46,926 nt of DNA, from NCBI GenBank assembly GCA_027366675.1, contig DAHXND010000128.1, forward strand, positions 1-46,926, read 5' to 3'. Source of the DNA: Acidimicrobiales bacterium. GTDB lineage: Bacteria > Actinomycetota > Acidimicrobiia > Acidimicrobiales > JAMCQF01. Made by a program: the position numbers and the translations under genes. Under the pieces are notes generated by a model. That model ran no database searches. It saw only the letters and a program-made list of their open reading frames with translations, and had not been told where the DNA came from. Below are positions 9,048-17,796 of this stretch, piece by piece. How positions within the stretch are numbered: the stretch's first letter is position 1; the number at the start of each line of letters is the position of its first letter.

Positions 9048-9730
9048 CCAAGCCGACCGGCAGCGAGGTCGTCAGCCATCGCCCAGCCGAATGCCACCAG
9101 GCAGTCACCCTTCTTCGTGTCCAGGGACTCGAACAGCACGGATAGCTCACCTTCGAAGCGCGCCTCGGCCTTCGCCGATCGGAAGTCCACGCAACCGAAA
9201 AGCGATCCGTCACCCGCCAGGATAGACCTACGGTCGTCCAGGCGAGCCTCCGCACCGAAACGCCTAGCCAGGCGACGCACCCAGGCCCGCTCCTCGCCAG
9301 TCGGCTTGTATCCCGGGCGCGGGACGATGTCCTGGAGGCCGGAGAAGACCTGGAAGCCCTGTGCACTCGCCAGCCGGGCGCCAACCAGCACATCCTCATC
9401 AGGAAACGCGAGCAGGGCACGCCTGTACGCCTCGCCCATCACGGCCCTTAGAGCTGAATCCGCCTTCGCTGTCCGCGTGATAGCTACCAGGCCGAGGATT
9501 ACCGCAGGCGTACCTCCGATTCGTTCCAGCGTTACCAGAGAGAATGCCCGCAGCTTCCGACCCTCTCGCACGAGGGTGGCAAGCACCCACTCCTCGCGCT
9601 GCTTCGAGAGATAACCAACGTCGTAGCCCGCCTGACCGTCCATGCACAGATCAGCAAGCTCGGAGACCTCGCTATCGCCAAGTGCGCTGCAGTCCTTCGT
9701 CTCGACCTCGAGGGCCATGACCTCACCCAT
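9044..9730 (-). CDS. Hypothetical protein, possibly GNAT-like fold, co-transcribed with the patatin gene
   Basis: The ORF is 9044..9988. The upstream 86 codons are Arg/Pro-rich, and the upstream end of the ORF (9895..9988) overlaps the 3' end of the kinase gene. ATG 9730 or 9718 is preceded by GGAGG. Its stop overlaps the patatin start (TTGA). I recognise no diagnostic motif. Confidence 0.5.
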   Translation of the reverse strand: MGEVMALEVETKDCSALGDSEVSELADLCMDGQAGYDVGYLSKQREEWVLATLVREGRKLRAFSLVTLERIGGTPAVILGLVAITRTAKADSALRAVMGEAYRRALLAFPDEDVLVGARLASAQGFQVFSGLQDIVPRPGYKPTGEERAWVRRLARRFGAEARLDDRRSILAGDGSLFGCVDFRSAKAEARFEGELSVLFESLDTKKGDCLVAFGWAMADDLAAGRLG

Positions 9731-9894
9731 CCTCCAGTGTCTCTGCTTCCTCCTGCTCTCTATTCTATGGCGAGATCGGCGAGGAGACCAGCAGGGTAAC
9801 CACGGCGCTCCCTGCAGGCAGGGACGGATGTCGATCGTAGAGCCTCGAGGCAAGGGAGACGCCCGGCGGTCCCTACGAGCAGGGACCGATGAGC

Positions 9895-11409
9895 CTAGGT
9901 GCAGGAAGGAAGCGCTATCACGACGCGGGCACCAGGGCGGGCATCCTCGATCCACACGGAGCCACCGTGGGATGACACGATCTCCCATACGATGGCCAGC
10001 CCGAGCCCGCTACCCCCCCTGTCCCTGGACCTGCTCTCGTCCAGGCGGCTGAACCGCTCGAAGACGCTCTCGCGCCATCCCTCGGGCACACCGGGGCCGT
10101 CGTCCTCCACGACCACCCGCGCCACGCCAGATGCGCAGTGGACCGCGAGACGAACACGTGATCGAGCGAACCTCTCCGCATTGTCGACCAGGTTCCTAAC
10201 GGCCCTCTCGAGCTCGTCGTGGTCCCCCATGACCAGGCAGGCTGCGGGCCTTGGATAGCCCATAGAACCACGCTGGCTGCCCTTCCCTGGCACCGAGCTA
10301 CCGGATCCTGGCTCCCCGGTCTTCCCGGATCCACCTCCGCCCGTATCCTCTGCTGCACCATCACCGGTAGCTGAAGGCGAACCTGAACCCCATAGATCCA
10401 CCTGCGCACGGCCACGACCGCGCAACCTGGCTGCTTCCACTTCCAACAGCATCGTCAGGTCAACAGGCGTCCGCTCCCGAGCAAGGCCTCTCTCGTCGCC
10501 ACGCGCCAGAAAGAGCATGTCGGAGACTATCCGCTGCAGTCTCCTCCCCTCCTGACCTACCGTCGTGGCAAGCTCGCCCAGATCCGCTGCCTCCGGATGC
10601 GCCTCGGCCACCTCCACCTCCGCGAGCAGCCCAGCCAGAGGGCTGCGAAGCTCATGCGAGGCATCCGACACGAATCGCCGCTGTGCAGTCACCGCATCTT
10701 CCAGCCTGGCCAGCATGTCATTCATGGTGACGGCGAGGCGCTGCACCTCGTCGCGGCTCGTAGGTACCGGGACTCTCCTGTCGAGATCACCTGCGGTGAT
10801 CTTCGCTACCTCGGCACGTATCCCCTCGACTGGTCGCAGCGTTCTACCCGTGAGGAGCCACGTCATGAGCCCCACGAGAACGAGAAGGGCACTGAGCGCG
10901 ATCGCCAGAGCCACGTCCTGGGTGTGGATGGTGGCATTCGCCGACGCCAATGAACGAGCGGCATAGATAACGAGGTGCTGGCCGCGCACATCCAGGCTCC
11001 GCGCCACCACCAGGTACGCCTCGTTGTCACGCACAGGAAGCCCCGAGACCGACCTCGACATCTCACCTCCTGCTGCAGGCGCGAAGCTAACCAACCGGCG
11101 AGTAGCGCTCACGCCAGGGGTGTAGGCAACCACCTTGCCGGATCCCGCCGCGACTACCTGCACAAGCGCATCCCCGTGGAGCACCGGGAGGTGGAGCGGC
11201 AGCACATGCTGCTCTGCAAGAGCAGCCACATTCGCGGCCTCGTCGGACGCCGACCGCTCGATGCTCTCGACCAGGGAGCGGTGAAGGACGGTAACCAGCA
11301 CCATGGCACCGCCCGCCAGCGCCATCGCCACCACCGCCACGGCTATGGAGGTGATACGGAAGCGAACCGAATGCACGCTAGATGGCCTCGGGTGCACCGC
11401 AACCTTCAT
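9895..11409 (-). CDS. Sensor histidine kinase (two TM helices, HAMP, HisKA, HATPase_c)
   Basis: H-box FVSDASHELRSPL, N-box RNLVDNAERF, and G-boxes DDGPGV and GGSGLGLAIV. There are two hydrophobic segments, with a HAMP-like stretch after the second. Confidence 0.9.
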   Translation of the reverse strand: MKVAVHPRPSSVHSVRFRITSIAVAVVAMALAGGAMVLVTVLHRSLVESIERSASDEAANVAALAEQHVLPLHLPVLHGDALVQVVAAGSGKVVAYTPGVSATRRLVSFAPAAGGEMSRSVSGLPVRDNEAYLVVARSLDVRGQHLVIYAARSLASANATIHTQDVALAIALSALLVLVGLMTWLLTGRTLRPVEGIRAEVAKITAGDLDRRVPVPTSRDEVQRLAVTMNDMLARLEDAVTAQRRFVSDASHELRSPLAGLLAEVEVAEAHPEAADLGELATTVGQEGRRLQRIVSDMLFLARGDERGLARERTPVDLTMLLEVEAARLRGRGRAQVDLWGSGSPSATGDGAAEDTGGGGSGKTGEPGSGSSVPGKGSQRGSMGYPRPAACLVMGDHDELERAVRNLVDNAERFARSRVRLAVHCASGVARVVVEDDGPGVPEGWRESVFERFSRLDESRSRDRGGSGLGLAIVWEIVSSHGGSVWIEDARPGARVVIALPSCT

Positions 11410-11478
11410 GCCAGAGCAATGAGGCGCCGCGACCGATCTGTCCAGGCAATCCCGGACTGGTCCGGATCCTGCCCTGCA

Positions 11479-12156
11479 TCAGCCGCCGTCTGGCGACAAC
11501 CGGTAGCCGACACCTCGCACGGTCTCGAGGGAGTGGCATCCGAAAGGAGCGTCGAGCTTGCGACGCAGGTACCCGACGTAGACCTCGACTATGTTCCCAT
11601 CCCCGTCGAAGTCTTCGTCCCACACGTGCTCTATGATCTCACGCTTGCTCAACGCCTCGCCGGCTCTGGACATAAGTAGCTCGAGTATGGAGAACTCACG
11701 GGGCGTAAGACTTATATCCACATCGCCGCGGGAGCATCGGTGACTGGCGCGATCGAGCAACAGGCTACCTGCCCTCAGTGCGCTTGGCCGCTCACCGGCT
11801 CCCCTACGGATCAGCGCTCGAAGCCGTGCCACCAGCACGACATAGGAGAATGGCTTCACCAGGTAGTCGTCCGCACCGGTGTCCAGTGCCTCGGCCTCGT
11901 CGAGCTCCCCATCCTTCGCCGTGAGCATGAGGATCGGTGTCCAGTTGGCTTCCTCTCGAAGCTGCCGGCAGACCCTGAAGCCATTCATGCCGGGCAGTAG
12001 TATGTCGAGAACGATCGCGTCGTAGTGATGCTCGCGAGCCATCCATAGGCCGTCCTGCCCGTCACCTGCGATATCGACCGCGAAGCCATCCGCTCGTAGA
12101 CCGCGCTGAACGGCTCTCGCAATGACTTCCTCGTCTTCGATGACCAGTATCCGCAC
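11479..12156 (-). CDS. OmpR/PhoB-family DNA-binding response regulator
   Basis: Receiver domain: MRILVIEDEE...DAIVLDILLPGMNGF...LMLTAKD. Winged-helix C-terminus: LTPREFSILELL...VWDEDFDGDGNIVEVYVGYLRRKL...IETVRGVGYRL. Confidence 0.9.
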   Translation of the reverse strand: MRILVIEDEEVIARAVQRGLRADGFAVDIAGDGQDGLWMAREHHYDAIVLDILLPGMNGFRVCRQLREEANWTPILMLTAKDGELDEAEALDTGADDYLVKPFSYVVLVARLRALIRRGAGERPSALRAGSLLLDRASHRCSRGDVDISLTPREFSILELLMSRAGEALSKREIIEHVWDEDFDGDGNIVEVYVGYLRRKLDAPFGCHSLETVRGVGYRLSPDGG

Positions 12157-12158
12157 GG

Positions 12159-12190
12159 AACCACCAGCGTAGTCCCTAATTCTGGTGGTT
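12159..12190 (-). promoter_or_regulatory. Perfect 9-bp inverted repeat AACCACCAG-N14-CTGGTGGTT abutting the response-regulator start codon
   Basis: Read directly. On the minus-strand mRNA the proximal arm ends 2 nt before the GTG start at 12156 and contains the only SD-like purine run (GGTGG). It could be an SD-sequestering hairpin or a protein operator in the divergent promoter region. Confidence 0.35.
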
Positions 12191-12284
12191 AGCTGAACGA
12201 ATGCTGAAGGAGCACCCGAGATCTTCCAGTGCAGCCATCTGCCGACGTCAGGATGCCGGGAGTATCACCTAGCCTGCAGCGACG

Positions 12285-13967
12285 GTGAAACGCACCTCTA
12301 TGATAACCCTCATCTCGCGCTTCACCATCCCGCGCCCGAGCACAGCTCCAGCCATCGCGCTCGCCGCCTTGACAGTGTGGCTCGCCCTCGGCGCTGCCAC
12401 CTTCCATGCCGCCCCTGCCGCTGCCCAGCATGGCGCCCCTGCCGCTGCCACTGTCCATGCCGCCCCTGCACAGCCTGCCGCCACCACAGTGCCTGCTGCC
12501 CCTTCGCTTTCTGGCCAGCCGGCACGCAGCTCAACGGTCGCCACGGGCCCTACGCGCTCACTGGGCGAAGCCACGACGGCAAGCAGCCCCGCGGGCACCG
12601 TTGCAACTGCAACGACCTTCTCACCTGAAGGCCACAGCGTGGTGGATGCGTGGGGCAGACCAGCCGGCAGCGCTTCCTTCGGCGCCCCTACTCCCCTCGT
12701 CCCCTCAGGCTTCCAGCGAAGCTACGACTCTGCGGCCACCTCACTTGCGAATGGCACCCTCGTGGTAGTGAGCGGCGCCAGCAGCGATCTTGCCGGAAGC
12801 TGCATACCCGGCGGCTCGGTCTTCCTATGGCGCTCACTCGACGGCGGCGCCAGCTTCCAGGCGCCGGTCCTGGTAAATGACCCAGGAGCGTCCGGATTCG
12901 ACGATCGTCCCACCGTAGCGAGCGGTCCATCCGGCTCGCTATGGGTGGCCTGGTCGCACGGCTCTCCCGGGGACTCGTGCCAAGTGGTCGGGGACGATGA
13001 CGCCATAGAAGTGGCAGTATCACTGGACGGCGGACTCCAGTTCTCGGCACCGCTCACCGTCTCAGCGCCCTCCCGAGCATTCGGCGCATCCGTGGTCCCC
13101 CTGGGCAACCACAGCGCAGAGGTTGCCTGGGTACAGGCTGCCGGCAACGCAGAGAGCGACCTGATGACGGCACGCGTCAGCTACTCCGATGGAAGCCTGC
13201 ACCCTGCGGGTGCACCTGTCCCCGCTGGCACGGCGCCGGCTCTTCCCCTTCTCCTCCCCGGCGCCCACTTCTACAGCTTCGACGCAGCCTCATGTAACCT
13301 GACCTCGGGTAACCAGATCTCTTGCGCTTGGACAGTCTGGAATCCCAGCACCGGAACCAGCGCTGTCCAGATCGACACCGCGATCCCCGGATCCACTCCC
13401 ACCACCTGGCGTGCCAGCACGATCACTGGAGATCCCGGCGAGGACCTCGTCCTCCCTGCACTCGCCAGCAAGAACGGGATGACCCTGCTGGTAACGGCCT
13501 CCTACAGCCCGGCCCTCGGCACGCTCTCCTACGAGGCCGCTCCCCTGCTCTACACGAGCCAGACTGCGGCGCTCGCGGTACCCCTGACCATCATCGCAGC
13601 ACCATCCCCAGACACCGCCTACTACGAGGTGGGGGAGGTTACCTGGCTGCAGCCGGCCAATGGCTCCATAACGGGTGCAGTAGTGACGGCAAATCCATCG
13701 TCCGCGACCCTCACATGGCTCCAGTGGGCGGCTCCACCCAAGGCAGAACCCTCGGCACCGCCTCGACGTCGCACCACAAAAGCCTCACCCACGACTGCCA
13801 CGAAACCCACGACTGCCACGAAATCGAGGCCCTGGCTCGCTGTCGCTGCAACCTTCGGTGCCCTGTTGGTGCTGGCTGCGCTGGTAGCTTACGGGTTGCA
13901 CCTCGCCCGCAGGAGGAAGGACCGGCGACTCATCCGGACAAGGACCGCCAAGCGGCCACTGCGGTAG
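12285..13967 (+). CDS. Secreted, C-terminally membrane-anchored BNR/Asp-box repeat (sialidase-like beta-propeller) protein
   Basis: There is an N-terminal signal-like segment and Ala/Pro-rich linker. Asp-box-like motifs are WRSLDGGASF and VSLDGGLQF. The C-terminus has a TM helix (WLAVAATFGALLVLAALVAYGL) followed by RRRKDRR. Confidence 0.55.
   Translation: MKRTSMITLISRFTIPRPSTAPAIALAALTVWLALGAATFHAAPAAAQHGAPAAATVHAAPAQPAATTVPAAPSLSGQPARSSTVATGPTRSLGEATTASSPAGTVATATTFSPEGHSVVDAWGRPAGSASFGAPTPLVPSGFQRSYDSAATSLANGTLVVVSGASSDLAGSCIPGGSVFLWRSLDGGASFQAPVLVNDPGASGFDDRPTVASGPSGSLWVAWSHGSPGDSCQVVGDDDAIEVAVSLDGGLQFSAPLTVSAPSRAFGASVVPLGNHSAEVAWVQAAGNAESDLMTARVSYSDGSLHPAGAPVPAGTAPALPLLLPGAHFYSFDAASCNLTSGNQISCAWTVWNPSTGTSAVQIDTAIPGSTPTTWRASTITGDPGEDLVLPALASKNGMTLLVTASYSPALGTLSYEAAPLLYTSQTAALAVPLTIIAAPSPDTAYYEVGEVTWLQPANGSITGAVVTANPSSATLTWLQWAAPPKAEPSAPPRRRTTKASPTTATKPTTATKSRPWLAVAATFGALLVLAALVAYGLHLARRRKDRRLIRTRTAKRPLR
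13788..13823 (+). repeat. In-frame 18-bp tandem duplication (PTTATK x2) in the stalk of the BNR protein
   Basis: cccacgactgccacgaaa occurs twice, head to tail. Confidence 0.8.
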
Positions 13968-14001
13968 GCTCCTACCCAGGTAGCCTCTACGCAGGAGGCT
14001 A

Positions 14002-14772
14002 CTACGTAGGTGGGCGCCTTCCGGTTACGACTGCTGCTTCCGCTACGACCTCGCTCACCGCTACATCCGTGAACCCTGACGAGGCGAGGAGGTGACTCCA
14101 GTAGCCGGGCGAGCATGGCTTCTCGGTTCCAGTGCGCAGGGACAGCCGGACAGCGTTCTTCGCTATTCGCCACCACCCCCCGACTCCCTTGCGAGCCAGA
14201 AGGCGAACTTTCGAAGCGATGATCTTCCGGTCCCGCGCGCCGAGACCGCGACCGAGCATCATGTCGGCCAGTACTATACGACCGCCCGGCCGGAGCCATG
14301 CCGCGGCATGCCGAATGGCTGCTGCCTTCTCGGCGTCATTCAGATGGTGCATCGCGTAGCACGATACGACCAGGTCTACACTCCGAGGAGGTAGGTCAAA
14401 TGTCGCTATATCCATGCAATGCGTCGTAACGTTCTGGACGTTTCCCAGACCCGTTTCCAGTCCCTGCTGGAGGTCAGCCAGCATGCGTGACGACAGATCG
14501 ACCGCGATCACTTGGCGGGCCGTCATTGCCAACGGGACCGTGATAGCACCTGATCCAGCGCCAAGGTCCACTACATCGAGGCCGCTCACATCGCCGCAGG
14601 CGGCGAGAGTCTCCCTGTGCACCCTGCTCATTCCCGGCGAATGCTCAGCATGCTCATGCCAGCTCTTCACCCGACCATCCCAGGTACGCGCGAGCCGCTT
14701 CTTCGATCGATCGAGGGCCGGGCCTCCGGCGCTTGATCGATAACCTGTCTCGGAAACGAGTTCTTGCGTCAT
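14002..14772 (-). CDS. Class I SAM-dependent methyltransferase
   Basis: Motif I VVDLGAGSGAITVPLA, then post-I IAVDLS, and LRPGGRIVLADMM. Confidence 0.8.
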   Translation of the reverse strand: MTQELVSETGYRSSAGGPALDRSKKRLARTWDGRVKSWHEHAEHSPGMSRVHRETLAACGDVSGLDVVDLGAGSGAITVPLAMTARQVIAVDLSSRMLADLQQGLETGLGNVQNVTTHCMDIATFDLPPRSVDLVVSCYAMHHLNDAEKAAAIRHAAAWLRPGGRIVLADMMLGRGLGARDRKIIASKVRLLARKGVGGWWRIAKNAVRLSLRTGTEKPCSPGYWSHLLASSGFTDVAVSEVVAEAAVVTGRRPPT

Positions 14773-14840
14773 CCTGAGACTCTAGGACAACGAACCTGAA
14801 AGGCACCTGAGGTAGCCCTGCCGTCAGTCCTTGTCCTCTT

Positions 14841-14940
14841 GGCCCTGGATCTTCTCAGCCGTGGATCTTCTTAGCCCCGGATCTTCTTGGCCCCGGATCT
14901 TCTCAGCCCTGGCCCAATCTTCTCAGCCCTGGCCCAGATC
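14841..14940. repeat. Tandem repeat, period about 16-20 bp and about 6 copies, overlapping the ApbE 3' end and stop
   Basis: ggccctggatcttctca / gccgtggatcttcttag / ccccggatcttcttgg / ccccggatcttctcag / ccctggcccaatcttctcag / ccctggcccagatc. Confidence 0.85.
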
Positions 14941-15709
14941 CCAGGTTCCCTGCCCACGTGATCTCTTCGCTACCGTCCCAGCGCACGATATAAGCCTCGT
15001 AGCCTGGGATCTGCGACAACCACTGCAGGCCATCATCTCCCGCAACGGCAAGAGCCGTCGCGAGACCATCTGCGATAGCCAGATCCGGGCCCAGGACGGT
15101 GGCGGAGGCTAGACGGCAAGACGCCACTCCCGTCCTCGGATCGATCAGTATAGATCCACGCTCGTACGTAGCAGATGTAGCGACCGCGCCGCCTGTTTCC
15201 ACTATAGAGCGAATCAGGGCGGCATCCCAAGGATCCCTGATCCCGATTCTCCACTGCTGGCCGGGAGACGGAAGACCTCGGGTAGTCAGGTCGCCGCCTA
15301 TGTTCAACATCACCCCACTGGCCAGGGGATGATCTATGAGATCTATTGCACGCTCGACAGCCCACCCTTTTGCAAGGCCAGTCGGGTCCACGCCTCCGGG
15401 CATCGCCCAGGGATCGAACCATCCACCGGATAGCTCTCGCACCACCGTGCACAGATCGAGAACCTCCAGGATCTCTGGCGCCAGCTCCGCTTCAGGTATA
15501 TCCCCCCTCCTGTACCGGCTGAGCATGCTCTCTCGTCTCCACGTGCTGAACAGGGACTCGGTCCTGTGAAGAGAGGCGACGGCCGCCTCCACGATCACGT
15601 CCACCTGCACGTCTTCAGGAAAGCGACCATATACGGTAAAGGAGGCGACTGTGCCCATGACATCTTCCACGTGCGAGAGCACCTGCCAGGCGAGCCTCGG
15701 GGCACTCAT
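14903..15709 (-). CDS. apbE: FAD:protein FMN transferase (ApbE family flavin transferase)
   Basis: MGTVASFTV..., DPTGLAKGWAVERA, ATSATYERG and IADGLATALAV are typical ApbE segments. Its start overlaps the stop of the FMN-binding gene (ATGA). Confidence 0.85.
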   Translation of the reverse strand: MSAPRLAWQVLSHVEDVMGTVASFTVYGRFPEDVQVDVIVEAAVASLHRTESLFSTWRRESMLSRYRRGDIPEAELAPEILEVLDLCTVVRELSGGWFDPWAMPGGVDPTGLAKGWAVERAIDLIDHPLASGVMLNIGGDLTTRGLPSPGQQWRIGIRDPWDAALIRSIVETGGAVATSATYERGSILIDPRTGVASCRLASATVLGPDLAIADGLATALAVAGDDGLQWLSQIPGYEAYIVRWDGSEEITWAGNLGSGPGLRRLGQG

Positions 15710-16245
15710 TTGAAATGCAGCTTGTCCAGTGCCGACTGCAGAGACATGGCATATGCCTCACTCGTATATGTTGCTCCGGACACGCCGTTTATACGGGCAT
15801 CCTGCACCGATAGCACCTCCTGCCGGAGCAGCGGAATCACCTGTGAAGCTATGCTTCCCGAGTACGGATCGGCGACCTGCAAATCAGGCACCGTTACGGA
15901 AACTATCTTCCCGCCCCTGACGGCCACCTTCACGGCCAGGCTCCCGTAGCCATACTGCTCGGCGCTCCCTGTGGCGCTGCGGCTCGGACTGGCTACAGCG
16001 GGTCCCGGTCTGGCAGGAGAAGCTTCGCTCTGACGCCCGGCGCTGTTCGTAGGGCGGCTGCCACCTGGCGGGATAGCTCGCCCGGACGTACCCGGAGAGC
16101 GGGGCTTCTCGGATATAGCGCCACCAGGTGAGGCGGCGGCCTCTGGCCTAGCCTCCCCGCCAGCGGGGAGGCTAGGCCCGTGAATGCCCACGATCCCAGC
16201 AAGGCCCGCGACGGCGCTCACCAGAAGGACATGCCATCGTCTCAT
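15706..16245 (-). CDS. Exported FMN-binding domain protein; substrate for ApbE flavinylation
   Basis: The N-terminal hydrophobic segment is MRRWHVLLVSAVAGLAGIVGI. A Pro/Ser-rich linker follows. The FMN_bind-like C-terminus reads GGKIVSVTV...INGVSGATYTSEAY and contains the canonical flavinylation motif S-G-A-T. Confidence 0.8.
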   Translation of the reverse strand: MRRWHVLLVSAVAGLAGIVGIHGPSLPAGGEARPEAAASPGGAISEKPRSPGTSGRAIPPGGSRPTNSAGRQSEASPARPGPAVASPSRSATGSAEQYGYGSLAVKVAVRGGKIVSVTVPDLQVADPYSGSIASQVIPLLRQEVLSVQDARINGVSGATYTSEAYAMSLQSALDKLHFK

Positions 16246-16266
16246 AGCCGACCGTGTCCTTCCTGC

Positions 16267-17739
16267 CTAGTAGCTGAAGCTTTCGAAGTGGATCGCCAGC
16301 TCGGGAACTCCCAGCCGGCGCACAACATCCACCATCGCGTCCACGAAGCCCTCCGGCCCGCATAGGTAAACGTCACGGCTCCTGACATCGGGCACCAGCT
16401 TCAACAAGGAGACCGCGTCCATCCTGACATCGCTGCGCGCTCCTATGATCTCGTGCAGCCTGCCGCGGCGTTTCTTTACCATGGTCGACAGCTCATCGCG
16501 AAACAACAGATCCCACTCACTCGATGCTCGGACTATTACGATCGGGCGCGCCTTCGCAGGCATATCCTCGAGCAACGAGCGGACGGCGGTCACGCCAACT
16601 CCTCCAGCTACGAGCAATGCCCGGCTGTTGCGCTGGAGCTGGCGAGTGAAAGCTCCGTAGGGACCTTCGATCATGACGCGGGTACCCAGGGGAAGCGAGG
16701 CCAATGCTCGCGAGTGATCCCCAGACGCTTTCACGGTTAGGCGCATGTAAGGCGGACGTGGCAGCGCAGAGATCGAATACGGGTGAGCCTGCCACCAGAT
16801 CCCGCGCGCCATGAATCTCCACAGCATGAACTGCCCGCCGGCTGCCTTCAGGCGCTCGAGTCTCCTGCCGGAGCAGATCACCGACACTACCCCCGGCGCT
16901 TCCTCGGTCACGGCTACGACCCGCAGGCGGTAGCGTAAGCTCCGCAGCACCGGGAGGAGCACCCTGTAGAAGAGGACCACCCCAGCGGTAGCCAGCCACG
17001 CTACTACCCACGCAGCTCGTGTCAGAGGATGCCCTACGAAGGAAGGCCCGAGCGCTATCTGGTGCATGAACGCGAGAGCCAGGGCCAGGTACATGCACAG
17101 ATGCAACGTCCACCAGGTCTCCCTGGCAAGCCTTCTACGCACGGCCCTAACGGATACGACTGCTGCGGCGACCATGATGGCGAATGCCACAGTGGCAGCA
17201 AGCATATCTGGATATGATGCTATAAAGACAGCCAGCTCATGGCCTACACCCGTCTTCGCTGCCTGAGCGTAGCCCAGTGTTGTCAACACAACGTGCATCG
17301 CTATGAGGCTCAGGGGCCAGGGGCTCAGGCGCCTGTGCCAGCGAACCAGGCGATCCTGCCCCACGTAGCGCTCTACGGCAGGCACGCGGCCCACCAGTAG
17401 AAGCATGACGAGCGCCAGATAGGTTCCACTGAGAGCAGTGACATTGCCGAGGAACATCGCTATCCCGCCAGGCGCTACGAGCTCGCTGCGGGTCTCTGCC
17501 GTTAGTGCCAGGCCCGTGGTGACGCCAAAGCCGATTCCCACCGCAACTGCAGCAATGTCTACCAGCCTGCGGTAGCGAGCCTGCTTGGCTCCAGAGGACC
17601 TTGCATTGCCTCCGATACCCCTGCCCGTCTCGGAGGCCCCATCGAATGCACCCTCGATCGGGGGGCGAGCATGGGCGGGGCGGCGAGCATCGAGAGCTTG
17701 TGCCATGACGAGAAGGTAAGACGTCCCGGCTGAAGACAT
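16267..17739 (-). CDS. Ferric-reductase/NOX-like membrane flavocytochrome (FRD transmembrane domain plus FAD- and NAD(P)H-binding domains)
   Basis: The N-terminal half is multi-TM with conserved His residues. HPYSISA resembles the HPFT FAD motif, AGGVGVTAV is a nucleotide-binding Gly motif, and YLCGPEGF is the C-terminal CGP motif. Confidence 0.85.
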   Translation of the reverse strand: MSSAGTSYLLVMAQALDARRPAHARPPIEGAFDGASETGRGIGGNARSSGAKQARYRRLVDIAAVAVGIGFGVTTGLALTAETRSELVAPGGIAMFLGNVTALSGTYLALVMLLLVGRVPAVERYVGQDRLVRWHRRLSPWPLSLIAMHVVLTTLGYAQAAKTGVGHELAVFIASYPDMLAATVAFAIMVAAAVVSVRAVRRRLARETWWTLHLCMYLALALAFMHQIALGPSFVGHPLTRAAWVVAWLATAGVVLFYRVLLPVLRSLRYRLRVVAVTEEAPGVVSVICSGRRLERLKAAGGQFMLWRFMARGIWWQAHPYSISALPRPPYMRLTVKASGDHSRALASLPLGTRVMIEGPYGAFTRQLQRNSRALLVAGGVGVTAVRSLLEDMPAKARPIVIVRASSEWDLLFRDELSTMVKKRRGRLHEIIGARSDVRMDAVSLLKLVPDVRSRDVYLCGPEGFVDAMVDVVRRLGVPELAIHFESFSY

Positions 17740-17796
17740 CCTGAGCGCATCTACAGGCGCCTGCTCGCTCGTAAGATCGCCGCTACTCGGTCGCCC

